Positions 1 through 12,250 of a stretch of DNA of 64,000 nucleotides are shown here, one piece after another. The number at the start of each line of letters is the position of its first letter. Position 1 is the stretch's first letter. Source of the DNA: Laetmonice hystrix (lineage: Eukaryota). The stretch lies in contig OZ249436.1 in assembly GCA_965235115.1 (NCBI GenBank), forward strand, positions 57,784,001 through 57,848,000, written 5' to 3'. The translations under genes were made by a program, and so were the position numbers. Below the pieces are notes generated by a model, which worked only from the letters and a program-made list of their open reading frames with translations, was not told the origin of the DNA and made no database searches.

Positions 1-240
1 CTCCCCGGCCTGACTGACCCCTACTCCTCGGCCTGACAGACCCCCTACCTCCTCCCCCCACCCCCGGCCTAACAGAGCTCCTCTCCTCCCTCTTCCACGA
101 TCTGACCGACCCCCTACCATCCCTCCCTGGCCTGACTGACCCCTCTCCTCCCTCTTCCCCAGCCGGGCTGACCCCCTCCCCTTCCTCCTCCCTAGCCAGA
201 TTGACCCCCCTCCCGCCGCCCTCCTCCCCGGCCAGGCCGG
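1..240. repeat. Degenerate C-rich minisatellite, about 32-bp unit, truncated by the window start
   Basis: Recurrent GGCCTGAC(T/A)GACCCC...CTCCTCCC at about 7, 30, 66, 98, 129, 161, 194. Confidence 0.6.
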
Positions 241-856
241 CCAGGGCTTGCAGATAGCACGTCCCGGGGGACATGACAGAAAGGCTTCACGGCATCGGTG
301 GCGACTGGCTAAACGTGTTGACACTTCAAACGGGTTGACTCCTTAGCTTAGATCGATTCACTAAGATTCAGACGTGGGATTCCAAGCTAAATATTTAATA
401 TCAGATCTTGCCTGAAACTAATGATATTTTGATTTTAATTTGTTTGTGGATGGATGACAGAGTCGGCCCTCGGGTTGAGTGTAATCCAGTATTGATTGTC
501 GTAATCGTATTATTTAAACGAAATTCCGAGTATTGAAGCATATACGGAGGAGCGCAATTGGAGTGCTAAAAGGTAATTCCCTTTTAGTGTATATATATAT
601 CCGTTTACAGGGAAAGAAATCTGAGAAAGTAAAATGCATGTAGGAAGGTCCCCTGTGCTTTGAAATTCCCTGGTTGCCCATAATGTGGATGCAAGGATTT
701 AGGCTGGATGAAGGCTGGTCCTGGGGGATCGGGTCGGTAGGGGGCTGGTGCCTAGCCTTATCTGTCTATCAGAACGCAAAGGGTTCTCTCTGAAACCACG
801 CCTGGCTTGGAGCAGCCTGAGTCGGCCAAAAGGTATCACGCCAACTGTTCTCCAAT

Positions 857-1788
857 GGCTGAACTTGGACTGGATAGGGCCAGCAGGGAGGAAGGCTGAA
901 CTTGGACTGGATAGGGCGAGCAGGGAGGAAGGCTGAACTTGGACTGGATAGGGCCAGCAGGGAGGAAGGCTGAACTTGGACTGGATAGGGCGAGCAGGGA
1001 GGAAGGCTGAACTTGGACTGGATAGGGCGAGCAGGGAGGAAGGCTGAACTTGGACTGGATAGGGCCAGCAGGGAGGAAGGCTGAACTTGGACTGGATAGG
1101 GCCAGCAGGGAGGAAGGCTGAACTTGGACTGGACAGGGCGAGCAGGGAGGAAAGATGAACTTGGACTGGATAGGGCCAGCAGGGAGGAAGGCTGAACTTA
1201 GACTGGATAGGGCCAGCAGGGAGGAAGGCTGAACTTAGACTGGATAGGGCCAGCAGGGAGGAAGGCTGAACTTGGACTGGATAGGGCGAGCAGGGAGGAA
1301 GGCTGAACTTGGACTGGATAGGGCGAGCAGGGAGGAAAGATGAACTTGGACTGGATAGGGCCAGCAGGGAGGAAGGGTGGACTTGGACTGGATAGGGCCA
1401 GCAGGGAGGAAGGCTGAACTTGGACTGGATAGGGCCAGCAGGGAGGAAGGCTGAACTTGGACTGGACAGGGCGAGCAGGGAGGAAAGATGAACTTGGACT
1501 GGATAGGGCCAGCAGGGAGGAAGGCTGAACTTAGACTGGATAGGGCCAGCAGGGAGGAAGGCTGAACTTAGACTGGATAGGGCCAGCAGGGAGGAAGGCT
1601 GAACTTGGACTGGATAGGGCGAGCAGGGAGGAAGGCTGAACTTGGACTGGATAGGGCGAGCAGGGAGGAAAGATGAACTTGGACTGGATAGGGCCAGCAG
1701 GGAGGAAGGGTGGACTTGGACTGGATAGGGCCAGCAGGGAGGAAGGATGAACTTGGACTGCATAGGGCCAGCAGGGAGGAAGGCTGAA
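857..1788. repeat. 37-bp minisatellite, about 25 units, with a 333-bp (9-unit) higher-order duplication
   Basis: Unit GGCTGAACTTGGACTGGATAGGGCCAGCAGGGAGGAA; variant GGACAGGG at 1131 and 1464, and GGGTGG ending at 1380 and 1713 (both 333 apart). Confidence 0.95.
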
Positions 1789-3105
1789 TCTGCAATCAGG
1801 TGGGTTCAACTAACCAGAGAATATGTGATAATCAGGCCTTGCTTACTTACATTAGGTTTGATTACAGGTGGGGTAAATGAACTGTGCTGATGCGTAGGTG
1901 GAGTGTAATAGTGGGGGGGGGGGATAGCCCAGGGGGACGGTTGATCTAATGGACCATGTCATTGTCAGTTATATAATAATCATCCCCTGGAAGGTAACGC
2001 CTTCCGGCAATAGATTCTTGTCAAGGAATATGAATGCGACCTTTGGTTATCACGAGTTGGAGGCCCTAATCAAAACCCGAGGCACAACGTCAGATATTAT
2101 TTTCATGTCGTTGAAGCCGTATTGGCAGCTCCTCAGTCAGAATGCCCGCAGCGCAGCTTGAGGTTTCAAAATGATTCCTAAAACCACGTAGGCTGTTTTA
2201 GAAAGGGGACATCACAAGTAGGAAACTGTGCCCGTGGTAACTCGAGACGACTGAGCCGCACGATGACAATGGCAGAATTGATCCTGCGCCCCACCTGCAC
2301 ACAAACACCTGGGTCTAGACTGGCTGGGCTGACTGCCTGCAGTTGGGTGGCGCTCAGTCTACAGGTGGGTACAAGTACAGAAAGGGCATGCTTGTCAGGC
2401 ACCAGTTTTATGTAACTGACGCGAGGGTTGAATCGCCGTTAGAACAGGCTGAACTGACATTAGGTTTATCTGCTCGTAGAAATTAGACTAGCCCTACTTT
2501 AAAATTTTATTGAGTGAGTTCTAATACCATTGTGGACCTTTAGATCGAAGATTTAATACTCCACGGAATAAATCCCAGTTTACATTAGGGTAATTCACGT
2601 TAGCTTGTCAATGAGTGAAAAGTAGGAATACGGTAACAGAAAACTCCTTGCCTTTAAACATTAATGTGGCCTACATACTGTCCAAGTAGTACCTAAATAC
2701 TAGTAGGTGCTGTAATATAATTAGGTTAATAGCAAATTACTATACCCAGTCCCACGAGATACTATTTGTCAGTTGTCTCGCAGCCATCCAGGGAATCGAA
2801 CTGAAGCGGAGCGGCTGGAAAGGACAGAGTAATTGTATGTTGACCCACAACAATGTTCTGAGTGGAGGGTTTTCGTGATATATGTGGGTTTCATAGCCCC
2901 CTGGTCCCGATTTTAATATTCAGCGCTTAGTTGAACCTAACTTTCATTTACAACACTCAGTTTAGATTATATCTTCTTGAAAGTCGGTTATTTCTTTATA
3001 ATGACAATACGGGATATTTTCTGGAATAATATTGTAGAATGTAAACAATTACCCTGGCATAGAATTTTCTGATGAAAGGAAACCGGAGTCTGAGCGGGTA
3101 AACTC

Positions 3106-3146
3106 CAGGTGCACCTCTTGCAGGTGCACCTCATGCAGGTGCACCT
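3106..3146. repeat. Three tandem 15-bp units containing palindrome AGGTGCACCT
   Basis: CAGGTGCACCTCTTG CAGGTGCACCTCATG CAGGTGCACCT. Confidence 0.85.
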
Positions 3147-4002
3147 ATGATCCTGTAGACTGACATCATTTCCAGTTGTCACGACAGTCGTCCGAGTCGG
3201 AGGAAGCGTACCGCGCTGGATATTCGACAGTTAAACCTCCCCTGAGATATCAGTATATACTATATCGTATATCACCAGGTTTAATCCCACCAAGCAGTCT
3301 ATTGAGCTGAATAGCTGTTGTATAGCATGCTGAAAGTTGACCAGCATTTATAAACTCCATGGGCCGGTATAGGGGTGCCCCAGTTACTCCACACTTGTAA
3401 ATTGCCTATTGTAATGGGCCAGAACTTTTTTCAGTGTCACAATTGTAATTGACTAAATATAACCGGTGGACGAATAGAGCACACCTGTGTACGTGGAACA
3501 TCTTTACATGCATGCATGGCGCATGTGCTTACCACCATGCACCTGTCTCTTGTTTTGTTCCCAATGTCTTATTGATTACACCCTTGCGGTCCTGGCTCCA
3601 TGGTGGGACAAGCTACTGGCCAGGATGCAGGAAGTTCAATGTAGGCCTCTGGCTATTTAGGATCCACCAAACCTACGCTCCCTTCTACACACGTTCAAAC
3701 ATTCAATGATCGGAAACTTGCATTTTACTAGAACTGACCAGTGAAGAAATCTATGAGAGGATCATTATCAGTAAATATTATTTCGCAAACCGCCAGAAAG
3801 GCTGCAGGAACATTCAGGTCAGGATGACGCACAGACTCGTATGAAAATGCAGTATTTTTGTCTCGTCCTTCCGCTCTACTTGACCTTTATTAAATGAGGT
3901 TTTGCAGTACAATGTTGTTCGAAGTATATATAGGTAGCGGTCGCAGCCCATTGTCGCAGGACGCCGGTAAGCTTGCGCATTTCCACCTCTCAACATTACC
4001 GC

Positions 4003-4040
4003 ACCACCACCGCCAGCACCACCACCACCACTGCCACCAG
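4003..4040. repeat. Imperfect (CAC)n triplet repeat
   Basis: CACCACCACCGCCAGCACCACCACCACCACTGCCACCAG. Confidence 0.7.
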
Positions 4041-7000
4041 TGCCACTCTAGCTGGTGTCAGACCACAGACTCATTTGCATAGACGCACAACAATGACAGA
4101 CAGTTGCCATGGCAATAAGGACAAAGATGAAAGTAATATATAACAATGAGAGGAGACAAACAAAGAGAAGTTCCTGATCTTACGCATTCAAATTGTCTCA
4201 TTTATCAGTCGCCCGTTTTTAAACGAATTTTAAAACTTAACCGAATTACAACAGCTTCCCTGGTTGTATGTGGGTAGCTCTTAACGTTGCAGGAAAATAT
4301 GAAGCGGGAATGATTCTTGCTTATTTGTATGGAATTTTGTTTCAATTGTTATTTGCCAGCTGGCAGGAGATGGACACTATTGATTTGCCAAGCTTAACAG
4401 CAAATTCAGGTCCAATTCTGCGTATTGTCGTAATCAAATGTAGGCATCTGTATTATGAAATACATCCAGCAGTCGTCACAGTTGACAATCGTTTTCTGCA
4501 TTAAGATGACAACATGAAATATTCTTACAATGTAAGAATTGTTTTTCTATTTATTTTTCCATCTTTTGTTTAATTCAGTTGAATGCAAAAGAGGTTGAAC
4601 AGCTGTGTTCAATGAGATGCTTTGAAACCTTTTGGCGCTGGAAATGTATGGTACATACTTGAACCCAATGATAGGAGTCGCGTAACACAATCTGTGTCAG
4701 GTAAAAATCACAAACCGTCACTTGACACACTTGTTTCCTTATTTTACCAGCCTCCTACACACTGACAGCGCTTACGTTTGTTAACATTCACCAGAGATTT
4801 GATCCGATGTATCGGCCAACATCTCAGCAGAAAAATGAAATAGAATATCTCTTATGATTTTCTCAAAATAAATCAAAAGGATGAATCACATAATTGTACC
4901 TGTATATCTTTCGGAAATCGTCGCCATTACAGTGTACATCTGCCTCTAATCTTAATTCAGGTAATATATTTTGGCACATTGTACACAGTGAAACATACTA
5001 TAGTATGTCAGATAGGCATTATGTCATATCAAGAGAACACTATGTACACGAATAGGCCTATTTGTGTCTCCCTGGTCTTGCGAGTCTCCAGCCTCCGCTC
5101 ATATATTCTCCGGCAGTAGAGCTTTCGGCTCGCACAGCTCACCAAAGTTTTTGTACAAAATAACTGCCTACCTTTGGAAAATTGTTAGAAGGTTTCTACG
5201 GGCCCAGTAATTAAAGCAATATCAGACCTGGCTCAGCGCCAAAGTAGCACTCGGTGTGAGCATTTCATATACCGGTAACCGCGTGGATCCTAACTAAGTG
5301 GTTTATGACTTGATTCTGTGCTGTTACGGTATGTCCACAATTAATATTGTATTCGATTTCTATGGTCCTATTTGTACGACACCGTTGAGCACTGATTACG
5401 AGGGATCTAACAGCAGTATACAGCACGGGTTGGCTTCCTAATGTTCACCTGGGGCTGAATCAACTCGCTTCCCGATCAAACTGATTGGATTCATCCACAA
5501 GGGAGTACCTTCCCGCATTCGGTCTCTCTCAATTGTCCCTTTTTTCTATTTACAATCCAAATCGATTTAAAACCTAACGTCTTGGCAAGATTGCCTGATA
5601 AATTGGCCAAACTTTGTAACATCACAGAACCAGCTTTCCAAATTTGGAAGAATCTTCAAAACCTCCCTGAAGATCGAACTTCAGACTCCCAGTCATGAAC
5701 ACAGAAACTCAGAAAAGATAAGATGGACTATGAAGACATCGCTCAGATCCAGATTCTGGCAAATAAATTCGCTTAAAAGCCTTCTGCCAGTAAGATTTAT
5801 CAGGGCCGAGTGTGGTATGGTCATTAAACATTGATTTAAAAGAAGCTTGAGGTCGTTTTTTCGTCACTTAGAATCATTAGGAGGTTGATGGACTGGATGG
5901 TACGGCCGTGGTCACATGCATCATATCATCCCAGGATGGAGGTGCTCTTCAACAATTATCTCCCTTCATGTTCCACACACGGGTAGCAGCTTTTAAAATG
6001 TAACCTCCATAATGTTCTCTTTTACTGCATACCTGAGGGGCAGTAAAATGGAAGAGTGGAGTAGTTGAGGCCGAAAATGTGGTCAAAGAACTATTTTTTG
6101 GTGTATTATTTTGACATGGGGAAGTTTAAATAGGGACTCTTGCGTGAAAATAGAAAGTCTTATGCTATGCAATTATGCTTAGCTTAAATTTTGTTTGAGT
6201 AACTGGAGATTTGAGTAACCAGAGATTTTAAAAGTATAAAATAATCAACTTTCGATATAACGTTGTAGCCATGGCCACTATGTTTCATAGAAAAGGAATG
6301 GCGCAATGCAAAAGCACAATGATGGATGAGGACATTTGTACTATTTTAAACCCAGGTGAAGTTAGTCGGGGAAAGGATAGTAATGTATGCCTCACTGATA
6401 AAATAAAAGGCAATCAAGTGATATTTCTTTCTTGTACCATCAATGTGGAGATGTTTCTTACTGTCTACTCGCATTCCGTAGAAACCCCACTTACCAGACA
6501 TCATTTGTCTCTCTCTCTCACTGAGGCATCAACATCATCCGACTACTGAGGATGAAGAGGAGAGAGACCCAGACAGCCTGAACCACTGACCCAGCTGACA
6601 TGACCTTGGCCAGTTTTCTCTGAGAAAAATGCAAATGTAATAAAAAGAACATGAAGAAGTAAGAATAGTTTTTTTTAGTCAGAGAATGAATATCAGTACT
6701 TATTTCGAGTTTGCCACTTGGTTGCAGTTGATGGGATTCTTTATATTTGATAACCTTGCAGTGAATGAAGTAATCGTAAATGGCAAGCCGTCAAGTATGT
6801 TGAATTCGCATTTTGATGTGGAGAACACTGCATTCACTAATAACATAGTTACCAGTCGAAGTTACCTGATGAAACAAAGCCATGTTAACTACACACACAT
6901 TAATGCAGGGCTCAGGGAGTTGAACTAAATCTCTAAACAGTGCCATGTTTTGGACACTTTGTGCCATATTGACTATGACCCAACGACACAGAGCCGTGCC

Positions 7001-10000
7001 CACGCAATGATAAGTTGATGCAATGTCAAGAACAGATATGTACACGTCTGTATGTTATAAATATTGAAAGGGTTAGGAAGATAAGCAGAGTGAACACTCG
7101 GCATCACGGCGCCTCTACCGATGGGAGCTAAAAACATTGCAGAAACATTTCTATTGTCGAGAACTGAAGCCACATGTGGTTCTCTATAGTGTCGTAGGCT
7201 GTTGCCAAGTTTACCCTCTGGCTCTTCGTTTGGCCCAGTGATGAAAAAAGGGAAAAAGGAAGCAGTGCCCATAAGCAGAATGTCCTTGGACAAGATGAGC
7301 AGGATTTGACATTTTGTTGTTGCCAGTTGTAGAACAGTCCTAGGTCGATGGCGATATTTTGTTATCATTGCCGTCATAGTAAGCAGTAATATTACTGGCC
7401 CTGTTATAACTTTAGATGAGTCATTTTATTCAACTCTTTTTGTTGATGTCATGCAAGGTTAAGTGGCTCTTGGTACTTGAACCTGACATATTTCATATGT
7501 ATCAATACATACAAGGTGTGCACAGCTGGGTGTAATGCGAGGTTAATTGGATGTTTGAAGAGGACAACAAACAGGTTAAGGCGTACTGTGACCCTCAAGG
7601 GCAGAGAGCAGTGCCATCAGATGTTGTTTTTTTATCCAAGACCTTTTCGATAATCCTTTGGTGGCAGTCACCTTAAGGAATATTGAAAGATCAGACAATG
7701 TCCGTCATGATAGCGTGGTGGCGGCCAACCTTTGATGTCCAGGAGTTGGTCTCTACAGTTGATCATCTCTTTCACATCTGGCCATTCTGCGGTGTAGTGA
7801 TAAAAATAACCAGCGATTGATCTTGGCCGCCAAGGCGGAAACATTCCATCCACAGCCAGACTTCACAGCGGCACCGATCGTTATATCTTGCCTTTATAAT
7901 GATGTGTGAATCAGTTCAGTTTGCGAAATTTAGCCCCTGGTGGAGAATGTTGCAATGACGCTCTATTGGTAATAATTTTGGGTGAAGTTGACAACAATGT
8001 AAGATTCCCAAGAAGAAATAACGTAGTGGTCTTTTCGTTGGACTGTTTAGATTTCATAGAAGCGTTCCAAGTATAGCGTCATTCAACATGAGAGGTTTAT
8101 CGTAGACCTATCTCAAGTAAACAACCGAGAAAACCGGACAAAACGCTATGATCTAATTATCCACACAATGCTACAAGTACGACATTGCATGTTTATTCTT
8201 TGTAAATGTTTGAAATGTAAACAACACTGCCGTGGCATTGGGGAAACCCTGAGGTTGAACTTGAAGATATATGAGGATCATTCGGAAACTGGTTTGTTTC
8301 ATATTGGATGATGTCTGTAGTGTCCTGTAACGGGGACAGTAATAAGGTGGGGGTGGGCCGTATACACTTGTGACAGTTGTCGAAAGGGATTGCGCACGTC
8401 ATGAACACATGAGGAATACATACCGGGTATACAGACAATGAAACAACTAGCTCACATTAGTTTGTAACAGTTGGGTGATTAACGTCGTAATGCCGCGTAC
8501 ACTGCATTTTCCTTATGGTATGTGTATAGCATTAATTAAAAGATGCCATCTATAAAGCTAATGAGTAAACCAGCATAAAGGTTACTCCGGGTATCTAAAG
8601 TCGAAAAGAAAATGGAGCTGTTTTGAAAGAAATATTTGGCTAGGCCTACTTGTATTAATCAGGTTAATAGCAAACATTTTGTCGTCATGTGCTGTGACTC
8701 TGTTGACAAACTGAGCTTGGTCGCCTTTAGAACCAAATATGGTTTGAAATAACTGCTCCTCTCTGTAGTAAAGATGGTTAGGTTAAAATACCAAGGTCGC
8801 TGCGAATCTTGCTGTCTGTGTTCAGAAATAAGGGATTGCCACATGGCAGTAGATTGGCAGACCGCTCTGATACTATTTGTTGGGAAGGCGATATACCGTC
8901 AGTCATATTGTATACATGTCCGTGGTCTGTTTTGTTCTGAACCATCCCTCAACATGAGCTGCGTGTCCTCTGTGGCAGAGCGTCTCAGGCAGAGCAGTGA
9001 CTAGTGAAAGATGTCAAACTCGCCACATGATTCACTATCCACACCTTCATCAACTTCAAAGGAAATTGTCACGGGAGGGACGGAAAGAGGGCAAACCTTG
9101 TTTGGCCTCAATGGTAAGGGGCATCGGAAAGCCGGGAAACGTTGGCTGGGTGAACTAAGCTCCTGGCCTTCTGAATCTTCGTCCTATCCCAAGGCTTCTC
9201 TGGAGGGACAAGGAGCCTTTGCTTGGTCTCTCCCGAGGCTCTTTGTTAGTCATGACTTTCATATTCATTCTTTTAAACCCCTCTCATAAATTGGCACTCT
9301 GATTTAGATGATGTACTACCCTTGGAACCATGATATGATACATGAACGTAAAATTCGATCCGGATCTGCATTTGCAACAAGTTAGGGAATTCGAACAGGG
9401 ATATCGTATTACTTCCGGTGAAGATTGAAGAGCGAAATTTTGATTTCTAAAGGTACCTCTTTAAACTGGATATTGCTTGACCCATTCCTTTGACGAGGAT
9501 ATTGTGCCCCCCTCCACAACAAAGACAAATTGGAAGGCAAATAGGAAAGCTGACTTCATTTTGATGGATCGGTAGGTCTTTTTTGTGGATTGCCCAGAAA
9601 AACGCAGCCAGACATTCTTTGACTGGATATTGTCATCCCTCAAGGAACAACGAGGGTGCTATCCCTTGTACAGTGCTTAAAGTATACATTGAAACATGGT
9701 GGCTTAAAACCTATTGCGGTACTTTATGAGGATAACATGAACCATACTTCGTGACAAGTAGGCCTACTTTTGTTGTCGTGAAGATTTTGCTCTGAAAGAA
9801 AACGTCTGAGGAATATTTTATTGGACACTCTTTTCAGCATTCCTTTACTTGAAAGTCTCTTATATAAAGCACGGAACTGTTGGGGCCGTTTACAGTGAAC
9901 AAGGTTACATGACTTTTCTTTTCCAACGCCAGTCCTTTTAATGCGGGCTAAAGGGGATACACAGGAGGAGAGTTATGGTGACTTAGGAGACGCTCCAGGC

Positions 10001-11678
10001 ATTTCCACATGCTTTGATTGGAAGACTGTCGGTATAGAATTTGTCTGGCTAAGGGTAGATACCTTTTGAATCCTGTACTCAATCCGTGTCGGACCCTAGT
10101 AATTAATAATTGCTCATCCCAGCCTGGGCTGAACAGGGCATCAATCAGGACCAGTAGTTAAAAGCCGTATTGATTATTGTGTTCACGGTAGGTATTAAGG
10201 AAGGGCTTTTATTTATAACATGTTAAAATCAAAGTGGAGGGAGTCAAATTAAGCACTTTTTTAAATACACAACTGTCTGTATAGGATGGGAGCCTTTCAG
10301 TTGGTACAAATAGAAGACTGACGTTTTATTAAGAGAAACCGCGGCAAGCTAGTAAAAAATAAAGGAAGAAATATCGCCTGCCGTAACATGGTACTATTAG
10401 TGTAACGTTCCAACCAGCCTCACAGTAAAAGGAGATCGTTATATTAAGATAGAACGCAAGTCGGGGGTTGATTCACAAGGTAACATTAAAGGCGGCAATC
10501 GACGGGCCCTATTCACGTCCAGTTTTTGCTGAACCCGGCGATTTACCTGACAGAAGAACTGGAGGTAAAATGGCCGGTTCTGAAATCGGTAGATCGGGCC
10601 AGTGGATCACGGTAATTGATCTCCAACCATACAGGTTCAAAGGACATGAATACTGGGCCCGGCGTGCGGGGGGCATTGTGTAGTGTAATTGGTCCTTCAC
10701 ACCGCCTGGATGCCATAGTTTACTGATGTACCCTGCAGATCCTGCAGATGGACAGGGATAAGGGCAGGGGACCAATTTACATTTTCAATAATATGCTGCG
10801 GGAGCTCACATCGGTATCTTGGGAGAAAAACGACACCGGAGCTCCTCAAAGATGAATGAAATACATTTGATTTTTTGTTTGAAATGTTCAATATTCCTGT
10901 CCATGCCGAATTAAATTAATAATGCACGAATAATTTTTTTGCTGTGAGGCTGCTGACCACAGGCTTAATGGGTATTTTCTTGGTTTTCTTTGAAGACATT
11001 GTGGGTTACTTGAGTGTCAATTTGTGTGGAGATTGCTTGCATATGTGGCCCCCTGGCGGCACTTCCCAGTAAACTCATCGATACGCGCAGTGCTTGTGGG
11101 TGGCCACAGGACAACAGCGGGCCAGAGCTGCCAGCCAGACGATGGGAGGCTTGGAAGCCCAGGGTGACTTCGGTATACTATATTGTATACGGATGTGTTT
11201 GCTGTTTGATTGAGAAGGTAGGAGTCTGCCCGGCCTGAGCCCACTTGCCCCGCTAGGTGTTAGCCCGATACACCCCGGGGCAGAGCGACTTCACAGACCG
11301 TTGTAGGCCTGTCGGGGTCGACTGCACCCAAAGTATAGGTGTCATAACACGGGCCCAAGGTTGACCTCAGACAGGACGGCGGCCACTGGTCACACCCAAC
11401 AAATGTTTACTCGATCCGTCCTGCTCCAGTATCCAGGATGCCTTTCTCATGACCCCCACACTCGCCTTCCCTCTTTGTGCACCCTTTCCCGTCTCGCCAC
11501 TATCACTCATCTAAAATCAAAAGTTGTCTGTCAACATGAGATTTAGTGGTTATAGCTCCTTATATAATTATTGCAGGCACCTGCAATGTCTCGGTCTACC
11601 AGTAGCGGGCAGTCCTGTTTCCACATCCCTCCTATACTATAGCCCTTACCTATGGGTGACGTAACTTTAAGCATGATG

Positions 11679-12250
11679 TTTTTAGCCCCCAACGCGCGGG
11701 GGGTGGTGCTTCTAATTTGCCCTCCGTCCGTCAGTACGTCGCGCCGTCCCTCCGTCCGTCCGTACGTCGCTCCGGGACAACGATATCTCCATAACGCATG
11801 GACCAAACCTCTTTATATTTTAACACAAGATCAGGTTCCTTCGTGACATGAGGCAGGATTATTTGATATCGTTCAAAATGGCCGCTTGGCAGCCATCTTG
11901 GATATAAACACATTTGGTGCAATAACTCAGACAAAACGATCCCGATTTCTTTCAAATTTAGTGGAAAGAAGGTGCATACTATTATACTATTATTGACAGA
12001 TAGGAAATCTTGTAAGTTTCATTTGGTGCCATTTTCCACGACCTTGAGCGACCTTGAAAGGTCAATTAAGGTCATGCATATTTTAATGGCCTGTACCTCC
12101 AAACCAGTTAAAGATAACATATAATCTTACATGAAACATTACATAATAACCAGGGACAGGACACAGGTCAAACATATCATTAAAAATGGCCGTTTGGTGG
12201 CCATCTTGGATATAAAGAAATTTGAAGCAATAACTCCGACAACATTTTCT
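11679..12250 (+). mobile_element. Probable non-autonomous DINE-1/HINE (Helentron-associated)-like element
   Basis: TTTTTAGCCC start, (CCGT)n microsatellite at 11724-11763, then two copies about 308 bp apart of AAAATGGCCG-TTGG-GCCATCTTGGATATAAA (11875, 12183). Family assignment is by architecture only. Confidence 0.4.

Noticed and set aside
597-606. ATATCCGTTT as the U12 donor of the AT-AC intron
   Set aside because: Mismatch to ATATCCTT, arises from an (AT)n run, and no Cav3 N-terminal coding sequence precedes it.
857-1788. 37-bp repeats as a CRISPR array
   Set aside because: Units are head-to-tail with no unique spacers, there are no cas genes, and the context is a eukaryotic intron.
699-1809. 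354-aa Pro/Ser-rich minus-strand ORF and overlapping ORFs
   Set aside because: Translation of the 37-bp minisatellite, which lacks stops on that strand; no splice or homology support.
2791-2801. B-box-like GTTCGATTCCC on the minus strand (tRNA or SINE)
   Set aside because: No A-box or cloverleaf could be built around it.
3894-4082. His-rich ORF
   Set aside because: Explained by the (CAC)n repeat; no supported exon boundaries.
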